Assembly: GCF_001194135.2 (NCBI RefSeq)
Contig: NC_069000.1
Coordinates: 39,720,514 to 39,784,368 of the forward strand
Reading direction: 5' to 3'
Source: Octopus bimaculoides
Taxonomy: Eukaryota
DNA length: 63,855 bases
Of the stretch, positions 51,120-63,855 are shown piece after piece (the first letter of the stretch is position 1; every line of letters begins with the position of its first letter). Under the pieces are notes generated by a model that worked only from the letters and a program-made list of their open reading frames with translations, made no database searches and was not told where the DNA came from. Position numbers and translations under genes: made by a program.

Positions 51120-52304
51120 ATACATGCATACATACATACATTCATACATATACACATACGTATATATGCATGTGTGTGTGTGTGTGTGTGTGTAAATAGC
51201 AAGCGATTATTCCAAAACGATTACCGGCTTGTTCTTAGGTGTCCAAAATATGTTATTCAGCATTTAACATATAAATCCAATAAATTTACTAATCGGTGCA
51301 ATTGGAACATGTGTTGGTCCAGGTAAGGCAGAATATAAATTAATGAACTAAAGGTAGTGCCATATAACTTCCTACTGAAGTATATACATACATATATATA
51401 TATATATATATANNNNNNNNNNNNNNNNNNNNNNNNNNNNNNNNNNNNNNNNNNNNNNNNNNNNNNNNNNNNNNNNNNNNNNNNNNNNNNNNNNNNNNNN
51501 NNNNNNNNNNNNNNNNNNNNNNNNNNNNNNNNNNNNNNNNNNNNNNNNNNNNNNNNNNNNNNNNNNNNNNNNNNNNNNNNNNNNNNNNNNNNNNNNNNNN
51601 NNNNNNNNNNNNNNNNNNNNNNNNNNNNNNNNNNNNNNNNNNNNNNNNNNNNNNNNNNNNNNNNNNNNNNNNNNNNNNNNNNNNNNNNNNNNNNNNNNNN
51701 NNNNNNNNNNNNNNNNNNNNNNNNNNNNNNNNNNNNNNNNNNNNNNNNNNNNNNNNNNNNNNNNNNNNNNNNNNNNNNNNNNNNNNNNNNNNNNNNNNNN
51801 NNNNNNNNNNNNNNNNNNNNNNNNNNNNNNNNNNNNNNNNNNNNNNNNNNNNNNNNNNNNNNNNNNNNNNNNNNNNNNNNNNNNNNNNNNNNNNNNNNNN
51901 NNNNNNNNNNNNNNNNNNNNNNNNNNNNNNNNNNNNNNNNNNNNNNNNNNNNNNNNNNNNNNNNNNNNNNNNNNNNNNNNNNNNNNNNNNNNNNNNNNNN
52001 NNNNNNNNNNNNNNNNNNNNNNNNNNNNNNNNNNNNNNNNNNNNNNNNNNNNNNNNNNNNNNNNNNNNNNNNNNNNNNNNNNNNNNNNNNNNNNNNNNNN
52101 NNNNNNNNNNNNNNNNNNNNNNNNNNNNNNNNNNNNNNNNNNNNNNNNNNNNNNNNNNNNNNNNNNNNNNNNNNNNNNNNNNNNNNNNNNNNNNNNNNNN
52201 NNNNNNNNNNNNNNNNNNNNNNNNNNNNNNNNNNNNNNNNNNNNNNNNNNNNNNNNNNNNNNNNNNNNNNNNNNNNNNNNNNNNNNNNNNNNNNNNNNNN
52301 NNNN

Positions 52305-52368
<64 letters not shown>

Positions 52369-53369
52369 CACATACACTCACACCACGCACATATATATAC
52401 ATATATGCGCATACATACATATTATGCGTCGCTATTAAGATTAATTATACCGATTTAATTACCTTTTTATGTTATACTTTGTACACATAAGACACAAAGT
52501 TTAATGAAAAGAACTTAATTACCAATTTAAAACTATAATTAATTAAATTGATTTACATACCGTTTTATTGTATATCCTGTAGACGTAAGACATGATTAAT
52601 TAAGGTGTATTAATTAGTATAATGTAGTGCATTTTGTAAGCATTGCTTACACACGTCGTGATGGCGAAGATTCATTAAATTGACTTAATTAACTTTATAG
52701 TCATGCATTTTATTTCTAGTCTCTACAGTGCAACACATCTTTTTGTCAGCTCCAAAACCTTTACATAAAACGAAGCATACCATCTGCACATGCACTGACT
52801 CTAAATACTGCATATATACATGCATAGATGCAAAATACCTTGTTGATGTTGTTGAAACTTCAATGAATGAACCTTGGATTTATGTTAGAAACCGATGCAT
52901 ACATACGCACATACATACATGTATACATGCATAAACACACATACACACATGCATGCATATATACATACATAGATATATAGAAAATTTGGACCTCTGAACT
53001 CTCTTCATTCAATAAAAAAAAGTAACCTACTGTGTTTTTGCAGTACCAGTACTCATTTGGGCTGCTTGATTGGACGCTTGATGGCATCCCAGCCATTGTT
53101 ATGAAACCTGGAAGATATTAAGTGTACCTTAGGATACTGTGGAGTGCTCAGCCACATGCACGTTAATTTCACGAGCGGGCTGTTCCGTTGATCGGATCAA
53201 CTGCAGCCCGCGTCGTTGTAACCGACGGAGTGTTAATATGCAAGTATTTGCGTGTTTGTCTGTGAGTGTGTGAATCCGTGTGTGTGTGTATATTTCTCTG
53301 CGTGCTTGTGCGTGTGTGCGCGCGTGTGTGTATAAATTCATGTGTTCTTGTAAAATAGACTACCTACTA

Positions 53370-53720
53370 TCTAACACTAGAAATTTTCTGCAACCTGCTG
53401 AAGTAATTTTGGTTAACACTTTCATCATCACTGGAATTTTTGAACTCCATACGTGTTTGATTAAATTTTCAGTCGAAATTCCAGCTGAAGAACATCACTG
53501 AATGGTGGTATTGCATTGCAACGGGGATGAGTACGCAAGTGGGGTGCAAGAATAATGCATCTCCCCCGGCTAAAAGAAAATTTATTGAATTGCTATGAAA
53601 CGTCAGGTTTGAATGGAGAGAAATTTCATTAATAACTTCTAGAATTATTTCATAGACGATCTTTAGGAATTTAAGCGACACACCTCTGAACAGTATATAT
53701 CGACAATATGGCGTCAATCA
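53370..53720 (-). mobile_element. Possible pogo/Tigger (DDE_1) transposase remnant
   Basis: ENLIKHVWSSKIPVMMKVLTKITSAGCRKFLVLDS resembles WIxxVWxxRP...LLVLDS of pogo-type transposases. Weak. Confidence 0.3.
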
Positions 53721-54264
53721 AAAGGAATGTATGGCTTAACTGAAAACAAATAATGATCCGGTTAAATTCTTTTCTTTGGTGAATTGCTATGACATTTAAA
53801 ATATGTGCTTCACTCTAATACTAACGAAGTCTTCTGAGCTAACACAGCCACATTAGTTACACATACACCATAGGCAGGCTGATACACGTATACGCATACA
53901 TGTATGTATGTAATTACGCATGGTTAAATACATATGTGATTCCTGGAGAGCTTCATTTTGTAACTAACTGCCTTCATGGCTGTCCTGAGAATTGAGAAGC
54001 TGTTATTTACAAAACTAAAAATGAGGCAGCTGATTAGTATATCACAAGGTCATAAATGGAACTGTGAATATATGTAAAATATGCTGGAAGCTTAACCTAT
54101 CATGATTTCACAGACGTATGTACATGTATGAACACATGCATATGTTCACACACTTCTGTCAAAGTACAGAATTTCACTCATGTATTTGTTTGCAAATATA
54201 CGTAGACAGGCTAAAGTATGAGAGTTTTGGTTAAAACAATTACGGGCTTTAGAGTGTAGCTCCT

Positions 54265-54600
54265 CTGCATGCGGCTTTGCTCGAGTGTTTTCTGGAATAG
54301 TCTCTATGGTTCGTGCGTCAAGGTGACCAATGTGTTTGGCCTGAATATCGTAGACGGAAACGGTCCGGAAGCACGTCGTGTGTATTTATGCTTTTACCTC
54401 GTATTTGTTTCTGACAGTAGACTGTGGCCATGCTGGAGCACTGCCTTGAAGAATTTTTGGTTGAATAAGCCCATCCCCAATGCTTATTGTTTATTAAGTC
54501 TCGTACTTATTCTACGGTGCTGTTTCGCCGAACCTCTAAGTAACGGGGACGTAAGCAGACCAACACTAATAGTCAAGCGTTGGGGGTGGGGGAAGAAACA
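54265..54600. mobile_element. Family-A SINE pieces in opposite orientations
   Basis: A + head/CORE remnant at about 54265-54385 abuts a - tail (TGTTTC..TGAC..GTGGCCATGCTGGAGCAC.GCCTT...GGGGACGTAAGCAGACCAACAC). Confidence 0.65.
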
Positions 54601-54630
54601 CACACACACACACACACACATATATGTATA

Positions 54631-54678
<48 letters not shown>

Positions 54679-55132
54679 NNNNNNNNNNNNNNNNNNNNNN
54701 NNNNNNNNNNNNNNNNNNNNNNNNNNNNNNNNNNNNNNNNNNNNNNNNNNNNNNNNNNNNNNNNNNNNNNNNNNNNNNNNNNNNNNNNNNNNNNNNNNNN
54801 NNNNNNNNNNNNNNNNNNNNNNNNNNNNNNNNNNNNNNNNNNNNNNNNNNNNNNNNNNNNNNNNNNNNNNNNNNNNNNNNNNNNNNNNNNNNNNNNNNNN
54901 NNNNNNNNNNNNNNNNNNNNNNNNNNNNNNNNNNNNNNNNNNNNNNNNNNNNNNNNNNNNNNNNNNNNNNNNNNNNNNNNNNNNNNNNNNNNNNNNNNNN
55001 NNNNNNNNNNNNNNNNNNNNNNNNNNNNNNNNNNNNNNNNNNNNNNNNNNNNNNNNNNNNNNNNNNNNNNNNNNNNNNNNNNNNNNNNNNNNNNNNNNNN
55101 NNNNNNNNNNNNNNNNNNNNNNNNNNNNNNNN

Positions 55133-55184
<52 letters not shown>

Positions 55185-55689
55185 TGAGAGCTATCAGGCT
55201 CATAGATAGTGAAATTAAATGCTTCACGGTTAATAATCCTTCTAGTCCTTTTATGGTATGCGTTCCAGCTCTGCTGTGAAGACAACCGTATTTTACGGTC
55301 GGTAGACTATATCAATAACGCATGAAATTGGAACAATCTTCAACAGTCAAACAGACTTCTGCGTTCACTGGGCGTTAAACATATCTAAGATGCAGATGAA
55401 TGTGAAAGAACAGAAAAAATACGTAGATTGAAATCGATGAAGTTTTGTTTTAGAATTTGGATACTGCAAAACAAAAAAATATTAGCTCGTCCAATATCTG
55501 ATATGAAATCTTTTTGGATTTATTCGCTTTTCATTCACTCAAAAGTCTACGAAAATTTGTACACGATGCATATAAAGATTGATTGGATCGTATTGGTAGA
55601 TTTATAGATTTGTTTGAGAGCTTTAAAAAGAAATAATAGTTCACATCCTGCTATTTCGGCTCAAAAAACACTGATTAAATTCTAACAAA

Positions 55690-55935
55690 AGACCAGCGTT
55701 TAACTGGTACTTTATTTTATCGACCTTCAAAGGATGACAAGCAAAGTTGACCTTGGTGAGAAATGGACACAGAACGTAAAAGAACATCTGGAAAAAATTC
55801 CGTTAAACATTTTGTTCGACACGCTAATCATTTGTGGCAGCACACCATCTTCTTAAGAATTATGGTTTCAAATTTTGGCACAGGGGCAGTAATTTTTAGG
55901 GAAAATGGGAAGTCGATTATTTGGAATCAAGTATT
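55690..55935 (-). mobile_element. Family-B SINE and adjacent tail fragment
   Basis: CTGGTACTTATTTTATCGACC..AAGGATGA..GCAAAGTTGACCT; GGTTTCAAATTTTGGCACAGGG..AAGTCGATTA. Confidence 0.7.
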
Positions 55936-55984
55936 TGACTGCTGTTTTATTTCATTGCTTTAAACGCTTAACAGCACTTAATAA

Positions 55985-56030
55985 TAGACGCACACATGCA
56001 CACATATACATACGGGCACTCACACGTGCG

Positions 56031-56061
<31 letters not shown>

Positions 56062-56885
56062 GCATAGACGCACTCACAGACACGGACGAACATACACGAG
56101 TACACACACACATCCACATACAAGCGGCACACACGCACACAAATGCACAGATACAAACCCACATGCAGACATCGCTTACACACTCGCACGGACACACATA
56201 CAAATACACTCACACGGACACAAACACACACAGACAGATACTGACTCAGAGATACTCACACGCACACCCACAGAGTCACACCTACACGCACACGCATACA
56301 CACACACACACTTACACAGAGTCGTACACATGCAAACACACGCACAAACACACACAAACGCACACATTCACAAACACACACACAAACGCACAGGCACACA
56401 CATACAGACTTAGGCATACAAGCACACACACCCAGATGCATGCTGACACAGAGACACACACTCACGCACACGAACACGCACACGAACACGCACACACACA
56501 CACATACATGCACAAACGCTCAGGCATGCACGCACACACACACACACACACACAGGAGCAAAAACCCGCACACAAACACACACAGATTCACATATACAGA
56601 CGCCGATCACACACGCACACCCACAGAGGCACTCCCACATACACACACACACACACCCACAGAGGCACTCCCAGACGCATACGCACACACGCACATCCAC
56701 AAAGGCACTCCCACATACCCCACACACACGCACAGACGCACACACACAAACGCACACGCACAAATACACACACATGAACGAACAGACACACACACACACA
56801 CACACACACACGTAGAGACACATTCACACAAACACATCCGCCCGCTCACACACACATACATTCACATACATACATTCATATACAC
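55985..56885. repeat. Long degenerate (CA)n-derived low-complexity tract with an internal CCCACAGAGGCACTCCC repeat
   Basis: Source of the TH-rich ORFs 55905..56777 and 56440..56934. Confidence 0.9.
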
Positions 56886-58439
56886 CGTGGGACGTAGACA
56901 AACACTGTGCAATATCTCACTAATTGCTCTTTAGACCTGTATCTCTGCTCATGAATATTTCTTCATAGCTACGACGCCAACAGAATTTCAATGGGGAAAT
57001 CGGAATACACTAAAATCTTGTTTGTTTCACTGATACTCAACTGTCACATTCAAACATGAAAACATTCCGTAAGGTTACTTAATAAGATTAATAGTTTTGC
57101 CAGCTGTGAAGATTTCATTTCTGTCTAACTTGTCATAAGCAAAAGTAATCGAATAAAGCCTGTCTTTCTTTAAACTACTGACAACCGTCGGAAATCAGAA
57201 GCAAGAAAAATATGGAAGAAAAAGGTAATGAAAGGCGCAATAAATGAAGCAGCCAGGTAGCAGAATTGTTTGCACGTCAGGTATAAATTGTTAACTGCAG
57301 TCTTTACGTTTTGTACGTTCTGATTTCAAGTTACGCCGAATCTCCTGCGTTCCTTTCATCGTTTGATTGACTAAAACCGGTAGTAGTAGTAGTAGTAGTT
57401 GCTGTTGTTGTTGTTGGTGGTGGTGGTGGTGGTGGTGGTGGTGGTGTTCGTGGCGTTGTTGATGTTGGAAATAAAACGGTAAAATCAGTATCGCCATTTG
57501 AAAGAAATTAAAGAATAACAACAGAACGTGCGCGCACGTACATGAGATAAACTGCTACAAACTTGACCAGATGATTTGTTTATAATTAGTCTTACGTGTG
57601 TGGCTGTGGGCATACGTATGGTNNNNNNNNNNNNNNNNNNNNNNNNNNNNNNNNNNNNNNNNNNNNNNNNNNNNNNNNNNNNNNNNNNNNNNNNNNNNNN
57701 NNNNNNNNNNNNNNNNNNNNNNNNNNNNNNNNNNNNNNNNNNNNNNNNNNNNNNNNNNNNNNNNNNNNNNNNNNNNNNNNNNNNNNNNNNNNNNNNNNNN
57801 NNNNNNNNNNNNNNNNNNNNNGAGAGAGGCGGGGTAGATAGATAGATAGATAGATAGATAGAAATTTATGTACTCGTGACGCATATTTATAAATGCGTGT
57901 AGATTGGAGTCCTGTGATGTCAAATAAAGGACAACAGCATTGAAAAGATATGGCAAATCGGGCATCGGTATGACATACATTTCATATATGTTATATAGAC
58001 GTGTACAATCAGAATAATTAAATGTTTATTAGAAATAATTTGAAGGATTGGATGCAGAAGAGAATTGAAAATGCTGGAAGGTTATATATAAATTATGTAA
58101 ATGACGCGGCACTGTCAGAAATGACAACGAACAAGACAACCATTAAAAGTTGTTCATAATTTTGACACATGCCATGGGATGCAAAATAATTGGTGTCTGC
58201 AGAACTGACGGTCCACTCTTTAGTCACTTTCTTATATACGTAATTGATATCGCCTACAGTATCCCTTGATTAAAAGTTCATAGCTGTCTTTATTGTTTCT
58301 ATCTCTGAAATATTTTTAAAAGTTTATCTAAAGAAGAAATATAAATATAATTTCCGTCATATTTAAACAAACTTCAGTTAGTTTTCGAAGTGTTGAAGTG
58401 TATTGTAGAACAAGTAGAAAGATAATTCTTTTTCAACAC

Positions 58440-58530
58440 GTAAATACTAGAAGAAAAACGATCATCTTTGGCTTCAAAACGAAAAAGTGTGTTCTGCCAT
58501 AAGGATAATGCACGGCCACATACAGCGAGC
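58440..58530 (+). mobile_element. Mariner (DD34D-type) transposase fragment, truncated by a minus-strand family-A SINE (about 58525-58675)
   Basis: EEKRSSLASKRKSVFCHKDNARPHTA contains the HxDNARPH motif. Confidence 0.7.
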
Positions 58531-59874
58531 TTCTTTCAGTTTCCGTCTACCAAATCCACTCACAAGGCTTTGGTCGGTCCGAGGCTGGAGTAGAAGGCAC
58601 TTGTCCAAGGTGCCACACAGTGAGACTGAACCCGGAACCATGTGGTTGGGAAGCAAACTTCTTAACACACAGCCTCGTATGTGTATACATTTACGTATGT
58701 GTGTGTGTGATTATTTTTATTTCAAGATTTCTAGCCAATAGAGAAAAACATCAACAGGCTATTCCTGTATACGTATGTATGTATGTATGTATATACGTAT
58801 GTATATATGTGTGTACGCATGCTTGTATGTATGTTATGCTACGAAAAATATAATTCGCTTTCACAATTCAGTGAAATGCTGAAATTCAAATATATTCTTT
58901 GGAACCCAATGGAAAATTGATGAATCCAATATACAACCAACATATCACACACCCAACCAATTAGACAAGTCTGCATTTTACTGCATTCATTCATTAACTG
59001 AATACGTGAACATTATTCCTTTTGAAATCTTCATCTTTTTTAGATTACTTTTTGAGACAGTCAGATAGATAAGCCAAGGAAAACATATCTGCTATCTCTA
59101 ATCATTTGGCTTCATTGTGATTAGTCAAAGAATTTTGTCAGTGCTATTTTAAGAAAGCAGAAGACCTAAAATATGCAGTTTAATTAAATAACATTGTTTT
59201 CGCTTTCTAATCTTTTAAATTTTCATTGATATCATGCTTCGATATTATCTCATACACCGTGTTAGTTAAATACGAATTAGTTCAAAGATTTAATAGGATC
59301 GAATATAGCGTTTATTCTTGCATTCAAATACGCATTTTAAGTATATATATGTATATATATATATATATATATTTGTGAATTATGTATGTAGTCTGTGTGT
59401 ATACGTGTGTATGTATGTACGTATGTATCTCTATATACATATGTGTGTCTCTGGGCATGTGTGTATGTGTGCATATGTGTATGTTTGTGAGTGTGTAGGT
59501 GTGTGGGGGATGGAGTGGTGCATGGCTTAATGATTAGTGGGTATAGTGTTACGTCTATGATCATACACAAGACTTCGTTTTCGATTCCTGGAGCTGGCGA
59601 TGCGCTCTGTTCTTAACTAAAACACTTCATTCCGCGTTGCTCGTTTCTACACGGCAGGCAAAAAATGAGTATCCCTGTGAAGGACCAGTGTGCCATCCGG
59701 CGGGGGAATATATACGTCACAGAATCCGCGAAACAGGCATTTCATCGTACTTGAGCACAGCTCAAAAAATATTGTACGAACAAGGAAGTGGCTGTGTGGT
59801 AAGAAGCTGACTCCCTAACCACATTGTTGTGGATTCAGTCCCATTGCGTGGCACCTTGGGCACGTGTTATTCTC

Positions 59875-60600
59875 TCCTGATGACACCATACACTTGCTGG
59901 CTTCCAGTATACGGACCTCTCGACTGGTAGCACTTGCATGTGCAAGTTGTTTGCCAAACATCTTCGGAGACAGAAGTCATCTTAAGGATTCTGAAGTCAT
60001 CTCAAGGATCGAGAAGACTTTATTGTGTTCAGGTCACTGGAGAAATGAGTCTCTTCAGACAGGGACTTCGAAATTTTGAAATTTTACATTGATCATGCAC
60101 GCCTCTATCATATCACCGTCTACATCCGACGCTCCGACTCCGTCTCTAAAGTGTCTGCCATAGAAATGTATAAGGTAAACTTCAAAAATCTGTTGGGAAA
60201 CATTTAGGAGTAGACGCAATGTTCCGGTAAGGAAAATTGCGTAATTCACTATAAGCGATGAGTTGCTCATGTCATCTCTTCATGATTTCAAGCTTCATAA
60301 AGGATTACATTATATAAAATTACTACTTGATAAGTGTCATCAGATAAAACCGAAGGTGAGATAATACCATATACCAAAAGCAAATTTTGAGCTTGTGAAT
60401 ATCAGCGCTGTGTTTTGGGAATATCTCGCACTGATGCACTGATCACAAGTGAATAGTGGCCTATAATTAGGAACAACTATAACTGATGCCCTATGACAGG
60501 GTAATTTGGAATTGGCTACCAAATAGTGAAAGGGGCCATCGGATAACTGTAGAATTTTTAGTATTTGCATAGTATTGAGTCGAAACATACCTATGTATGC
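59875..60600 (-). mobile_element. CR1/L2-like LINE RT C-terminus and 3' end
   Basis: In order: SKFAFGIWYYL (similar to PHLEYASSVWSP), ERR..GDMIEACMI (similar to ERRRLRGDMIEAYKI), REVRILEA..V (similar to RVVxxWNxLP). Frameshifted. Confidence 0.55.
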
Positions 60601-61136
60601 TAGTAAAATGTTAAGTACAACAGGTTTACATTTGTTAACGATCTTTGAGAAATATGAGGCACGACAGGCACGATAGCGAAAGCAATCCCGTTGTCTGTTT
60701 TATAACTGTCTTCGTATTAACTACGCAAGGGAAACAAGAGAAATCCTAAAGTTATGAGGGAGTTCGTGTGTAAGACGGGGAGAATTGTCTTGTAAATCAC
60801 AAATTTTAGTTGGTTATGATGCCATCAATAGCGTAACAGTTGAAGGCGAAGTGACGACTTAGAAGCAACTCTCATGGAAGACATATTGTTTCATTAGTAT
60901 GTGATTATTTTTAGAATATTGCATCACAAAGATCCAGTTTCCAATACTCGACATATTTTAACAGTCGTCATCGCGGTCAAAGAATTCAGGTGCACAAATG
61001 TCCGTGCAGTACTCAACAAAAGATACAGTGAAAAATTGGAACAGTCATCGTCGAAGCCAGTGCAGAAATATTTTTATTACATAGCGACACACAGACATAT
61101 ATGTTTGTAAATATACACATACAGACCCACACACAC

Positions 61137-61180
<44 letters not shown>

Positions 61181-61299
61181 NNNNNNNNNNATATATATAT
61201 ATATATATATATATAACACAGTTACAGAGGCACTCAAAGGTACAGATAAAAGAGCGTCTCGTACGCAATTAATCATATATATTTCAGTGTGTGTGTGTT

Positions 61300-61680
61300 C
61301 ATCAGATGAGTATGTGAGACTGCATCTTCGTTACACGAGAAAAGCCATTGCCGAGAAGACTTACTGAAATGATTCATTATTGTTGCCATGTGATGCCCTT
61401 ATATGACTTTTAAGCCCGGCCAAGCTTTTGCACATTTTATTACATACTAGACAACTGTGCTGGGTGGCAGGAGAAACAGGTGCCACCATATGCACTCTCT
61501 TAACATGTCTTTTTAGACCTCCAACTGAGAGGCACACCCTTCCACATTTTACACACGTTCTGTTGTGAATCTTAATAGCCACATCATTAGTTATCATGGG
61601 TCAATTTCAATGAGAATTTCGATGGCTCACCAGGCCTGCCCGACTCAAACACCTCTGCCCACAAACCACACATGTAAAAA
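61300..61680 (-). mobile_element. 5'-truncated RTE-like LINE 3' end encoding three C2H2 zinc fingers
   Basis: One frame reads FTCVVCGQRCLSRAGLVSHRNSH*N*PMIT...TCVKCGRVCLSVGGLKRHVKRVH...SCLVCNKMCKSLAGLKSHIRASH...*. It lacks TGEKP linkers and lies between (TAA)n and (CA)n runs. Confidence 0.6.
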
Positions 61681-61705
61681 ACGTAACACATATAAAAGAG
61701 TAACT

Positions 61706-61766
<61 letters not shown>

Positions 61767-62128
61767 GGGAAAATAAATCCAAAACTTACAGCGAAAAATT
61801 CAATTTAGCAATTCTAAATAAAATTTCACAATATATGATATATGTATATACTTTAGAGAACAAAACATCTATTAAACAATTCAATGATGAAAAACGTTAT
61901 TCATGCCATCCAGGAAAATAAATATACTATAAAAACCATATTCTAGAATCAATAAAGTATATAAACANNNNNNNNNNNNNNNNNNNNNNNNNNNNNNNNN
62001 NNNNNNNNNNNNNNNNNNNNNNNNNNNNNNNNNNNNNNNNNNNNNNNNNNNNNNNNNNNNNNNNNNNNNNNNNNNNNNNNNNNTATATATATATATATAT
62101 ATATGCATGTATTTGTATAGATAGATAA

Positions 62129-62177
<49 letters not shown>

Positions 62178-63179
62178 ATTTGCATGTCTAAGTCAATATT
62201 TAATAACATCTAACTTGGCCCTTTACAATATATTTTCCAGCTTCTCTTATCACTCCTTTACTTGGTGTTGCCCTCGTTTATTTTTTTTTCATCTAAATTA
62301 TGCTGTTCGCTGACTTTAAATGCCGAAAAGTTGAAGTATTTCTTTTATGGATATTCCCTACTGAAAGCAGTCGATCTCCTGCAGGCTGTTATCAGTATGG
62401 ATCATCGATAAAAAAAATTAAATACATCTCATAAAAATATCATAATAAATAATATGAGTTGATAAATACCAAGGATGTACTGACAGAAAATACTTAATAA
62501 ATATCCAGAGCGCAATTTCAAAGATCTCTCACGCACGCAAATATAAACTAATCAGGTGTTACTAAGTAGTATATAGCATAAATAATAAATATTGTATAAA
62601 ATGAGATCAGTACTTAATTAAATTTTTTAACGTTTCATTAGTCTTTTAATTAAATGGATAGCCAGTTTAGGTACTTGTTTTATTATTTTCCTTACTTTCG
62701 ATTTGTGAATTATCATTAAAAGGAAAATAATTCACCATAAGTTTCAGCCTTCGTGCATCTGCACACAAAATGTGTAGACTTAATTAAGTTTAAAAAGCAT
62801 AACGAAAATTTTAACAAGAAAAACGCATAAATAAGTGTTTGAAAAATCACACAATTTCCCACTTGAGTTTGGTAGATTGCTTGGCAATGAGAAGGGAAAT
62901 GGTATGGAGAAGGAAAAGAAATATGTTGTGAAGTGGAAATGAAGTAACCAGAGAAATTTCTGGATTGTCGGAAATTGAAGAAAATCGTACATTTAGAACA
63001 CTTTATCAGAAGAGTAATCACAGTTGACTCGACAACCTTTCGCGTAGTTCGATGCAGTCTTGCAGTCTTTGTGTGCTCAGGTCAGGATGAAAACTTGTCT
63101 TCAGTACTTCTCTTGATATAATCTTGGTCTTTCCTTTTATTTTGTCCTTCCCCCAACACACACACACACACACAAGTAC

Positions 63180-63380
63180 AAGGCAGCGAACTGGGAGAAT
63201 CGTTAGCAAGTCGGGCAAAGCGCAGTTCTTTACGTTCTGAAAACAAAAGCCACCGAAGTCGGCTTTGATTTTTTATCCTTTTGGGATCAATCAAATAAGT
63301 GAGAATTGAGCAGTGGGTTGCTGTAATCGACCATGACCCGCCCACAAAATTTCAGGCCTTGTGCTTATGGTAGAAATAAT
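63180..63380 (+). mobile_element. Family-B SINE (internally deleted)
   Basis: AGGCAGCGAACTGGGAGAATCGTTAGCA..., GGCTTTG..TTTTATCCTTTTGGGATCAAT..AAATAAGT, AAAATTTCAGGCCTTGTGC tail. Confidence 0.75.
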
Positions 63381-63855
63381 TTTGTCCTCATCTGATATTT
63401 ATTTCATCGACCCCCTAAAGGATGAAAGGTAAAGGTTGCTATGTTTAAGGACATCCCTAGACTACAAATGCATTTTATTTATTCTTTAATTCACAACCTC
63501 ATTCTGTTAGCCACCTTCGTAATTCCCGGATTGTAGTCTCACTCATTTTACATTCTAGTGTTAAATGTTGGTGATTGTGATTACAAATCTCGCCAGTTAA
63601 TGATCAGCTGATTAATCAACATGCAACTAATCGCTTCGTTATTTGGGAGGATTATTAAATTCAGAGTTTTCTAACGAATTCTATAAAGATATTGATGTTG
63701 TGCATACTACGGATCTAAGTGTGCCATGTTTGCGTCACACTTCACATACTTAATGAAAAACTTGTAGCAGTGCCAAATAACACATTCGTTTGTTAATATG
63801 TGTGTGAGAGTGAGTGTGAGTGTATATATGTGTGTGTGTGTATATATATATATAT

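Larger units (their letters stand above)
786..62083. other. About 20 assembly gaps (about 6 kb of N in total), almost all bordered by (TA)n/(TG)n/(TAGA)n microsatellites
   Basis: Examples: 786-1172, 11221-11982, 16289-17075, 38283-38794, 51413-52305. Most gap edges are dinucleotide repeats, typical of short-read scaffolding across microsatellites. Confidence 0.95.

Noticed and set aside
42496-61813. Minus-strand microexon-like segments 42496-42515 and 61790-61813, and donors near 401 and 535
   Set aside because: GTAAGT with a nearby TTTAG is expected many times by chance in 50 kb of AT-rich DNA; phases do not chain into a consistent ORF.
506-62209. Long ORFs of YI/CV/TH/X repeats in the ORF track (e.g. 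16149-17198, 51257-52490, 55905-56777)
   Set aside because: They are translations of dinucleotide microsatellites and N-gaps, not proteins.
1-63855. CRISPR array, rRNA, operon or viral/prokaryotic insert
   Set aside because: There is no regular repeat-spacer pattern, gene-dense block or compositional island of that kind anywhere in the window.

Overview
This is AT-rich eukaryotic genomic DNA, most likely from an octopod cephalopod. That assignment is an inference from the octopus-type tRNA-derived SINE families and the extreme (TA)n/(CA)n/(TAGA)n microsatellite load. It is a short-read-style assembly with about 20 N-gaps (about 6 kb), nearly all flanked by microsatellites. I find no intact protein-coding gene, tRNA, rRNA or CRISPR array; almost every long ORF in the track is a microsatellite or N translation. 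The unique-looking sequence is mostly decayed mobile DNA: many SINE copies from at least four body types; three Penelope-like (PLE) reverse transcriptase fragments; CR1-, RTE-, R4- and L1-like LINE remnants; maT, mariner, hAT-Buster and Chapaev-like transposase remnants; several MITEs; and two short TG...CA solo-LTR-like elements. The most notable signals are: (1) three hammerhead-ribozyme motifs, two of them forming a head-to-head inverted pair with a CCGANGA core variant at 27.66-27.75 kb; (2) a near-identical inverted 154-bp chimeric SINE duplication at 7.57 and 9.16 kb; (3) a triple C2H2 finger in a LINE-like 3' end; (4) an unexplained structured CpG-rich island at 21.0-21.25 kb. A few splice-bounded candidate exons are listed at low confidence. 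All family names come from motif recognition without database searches.
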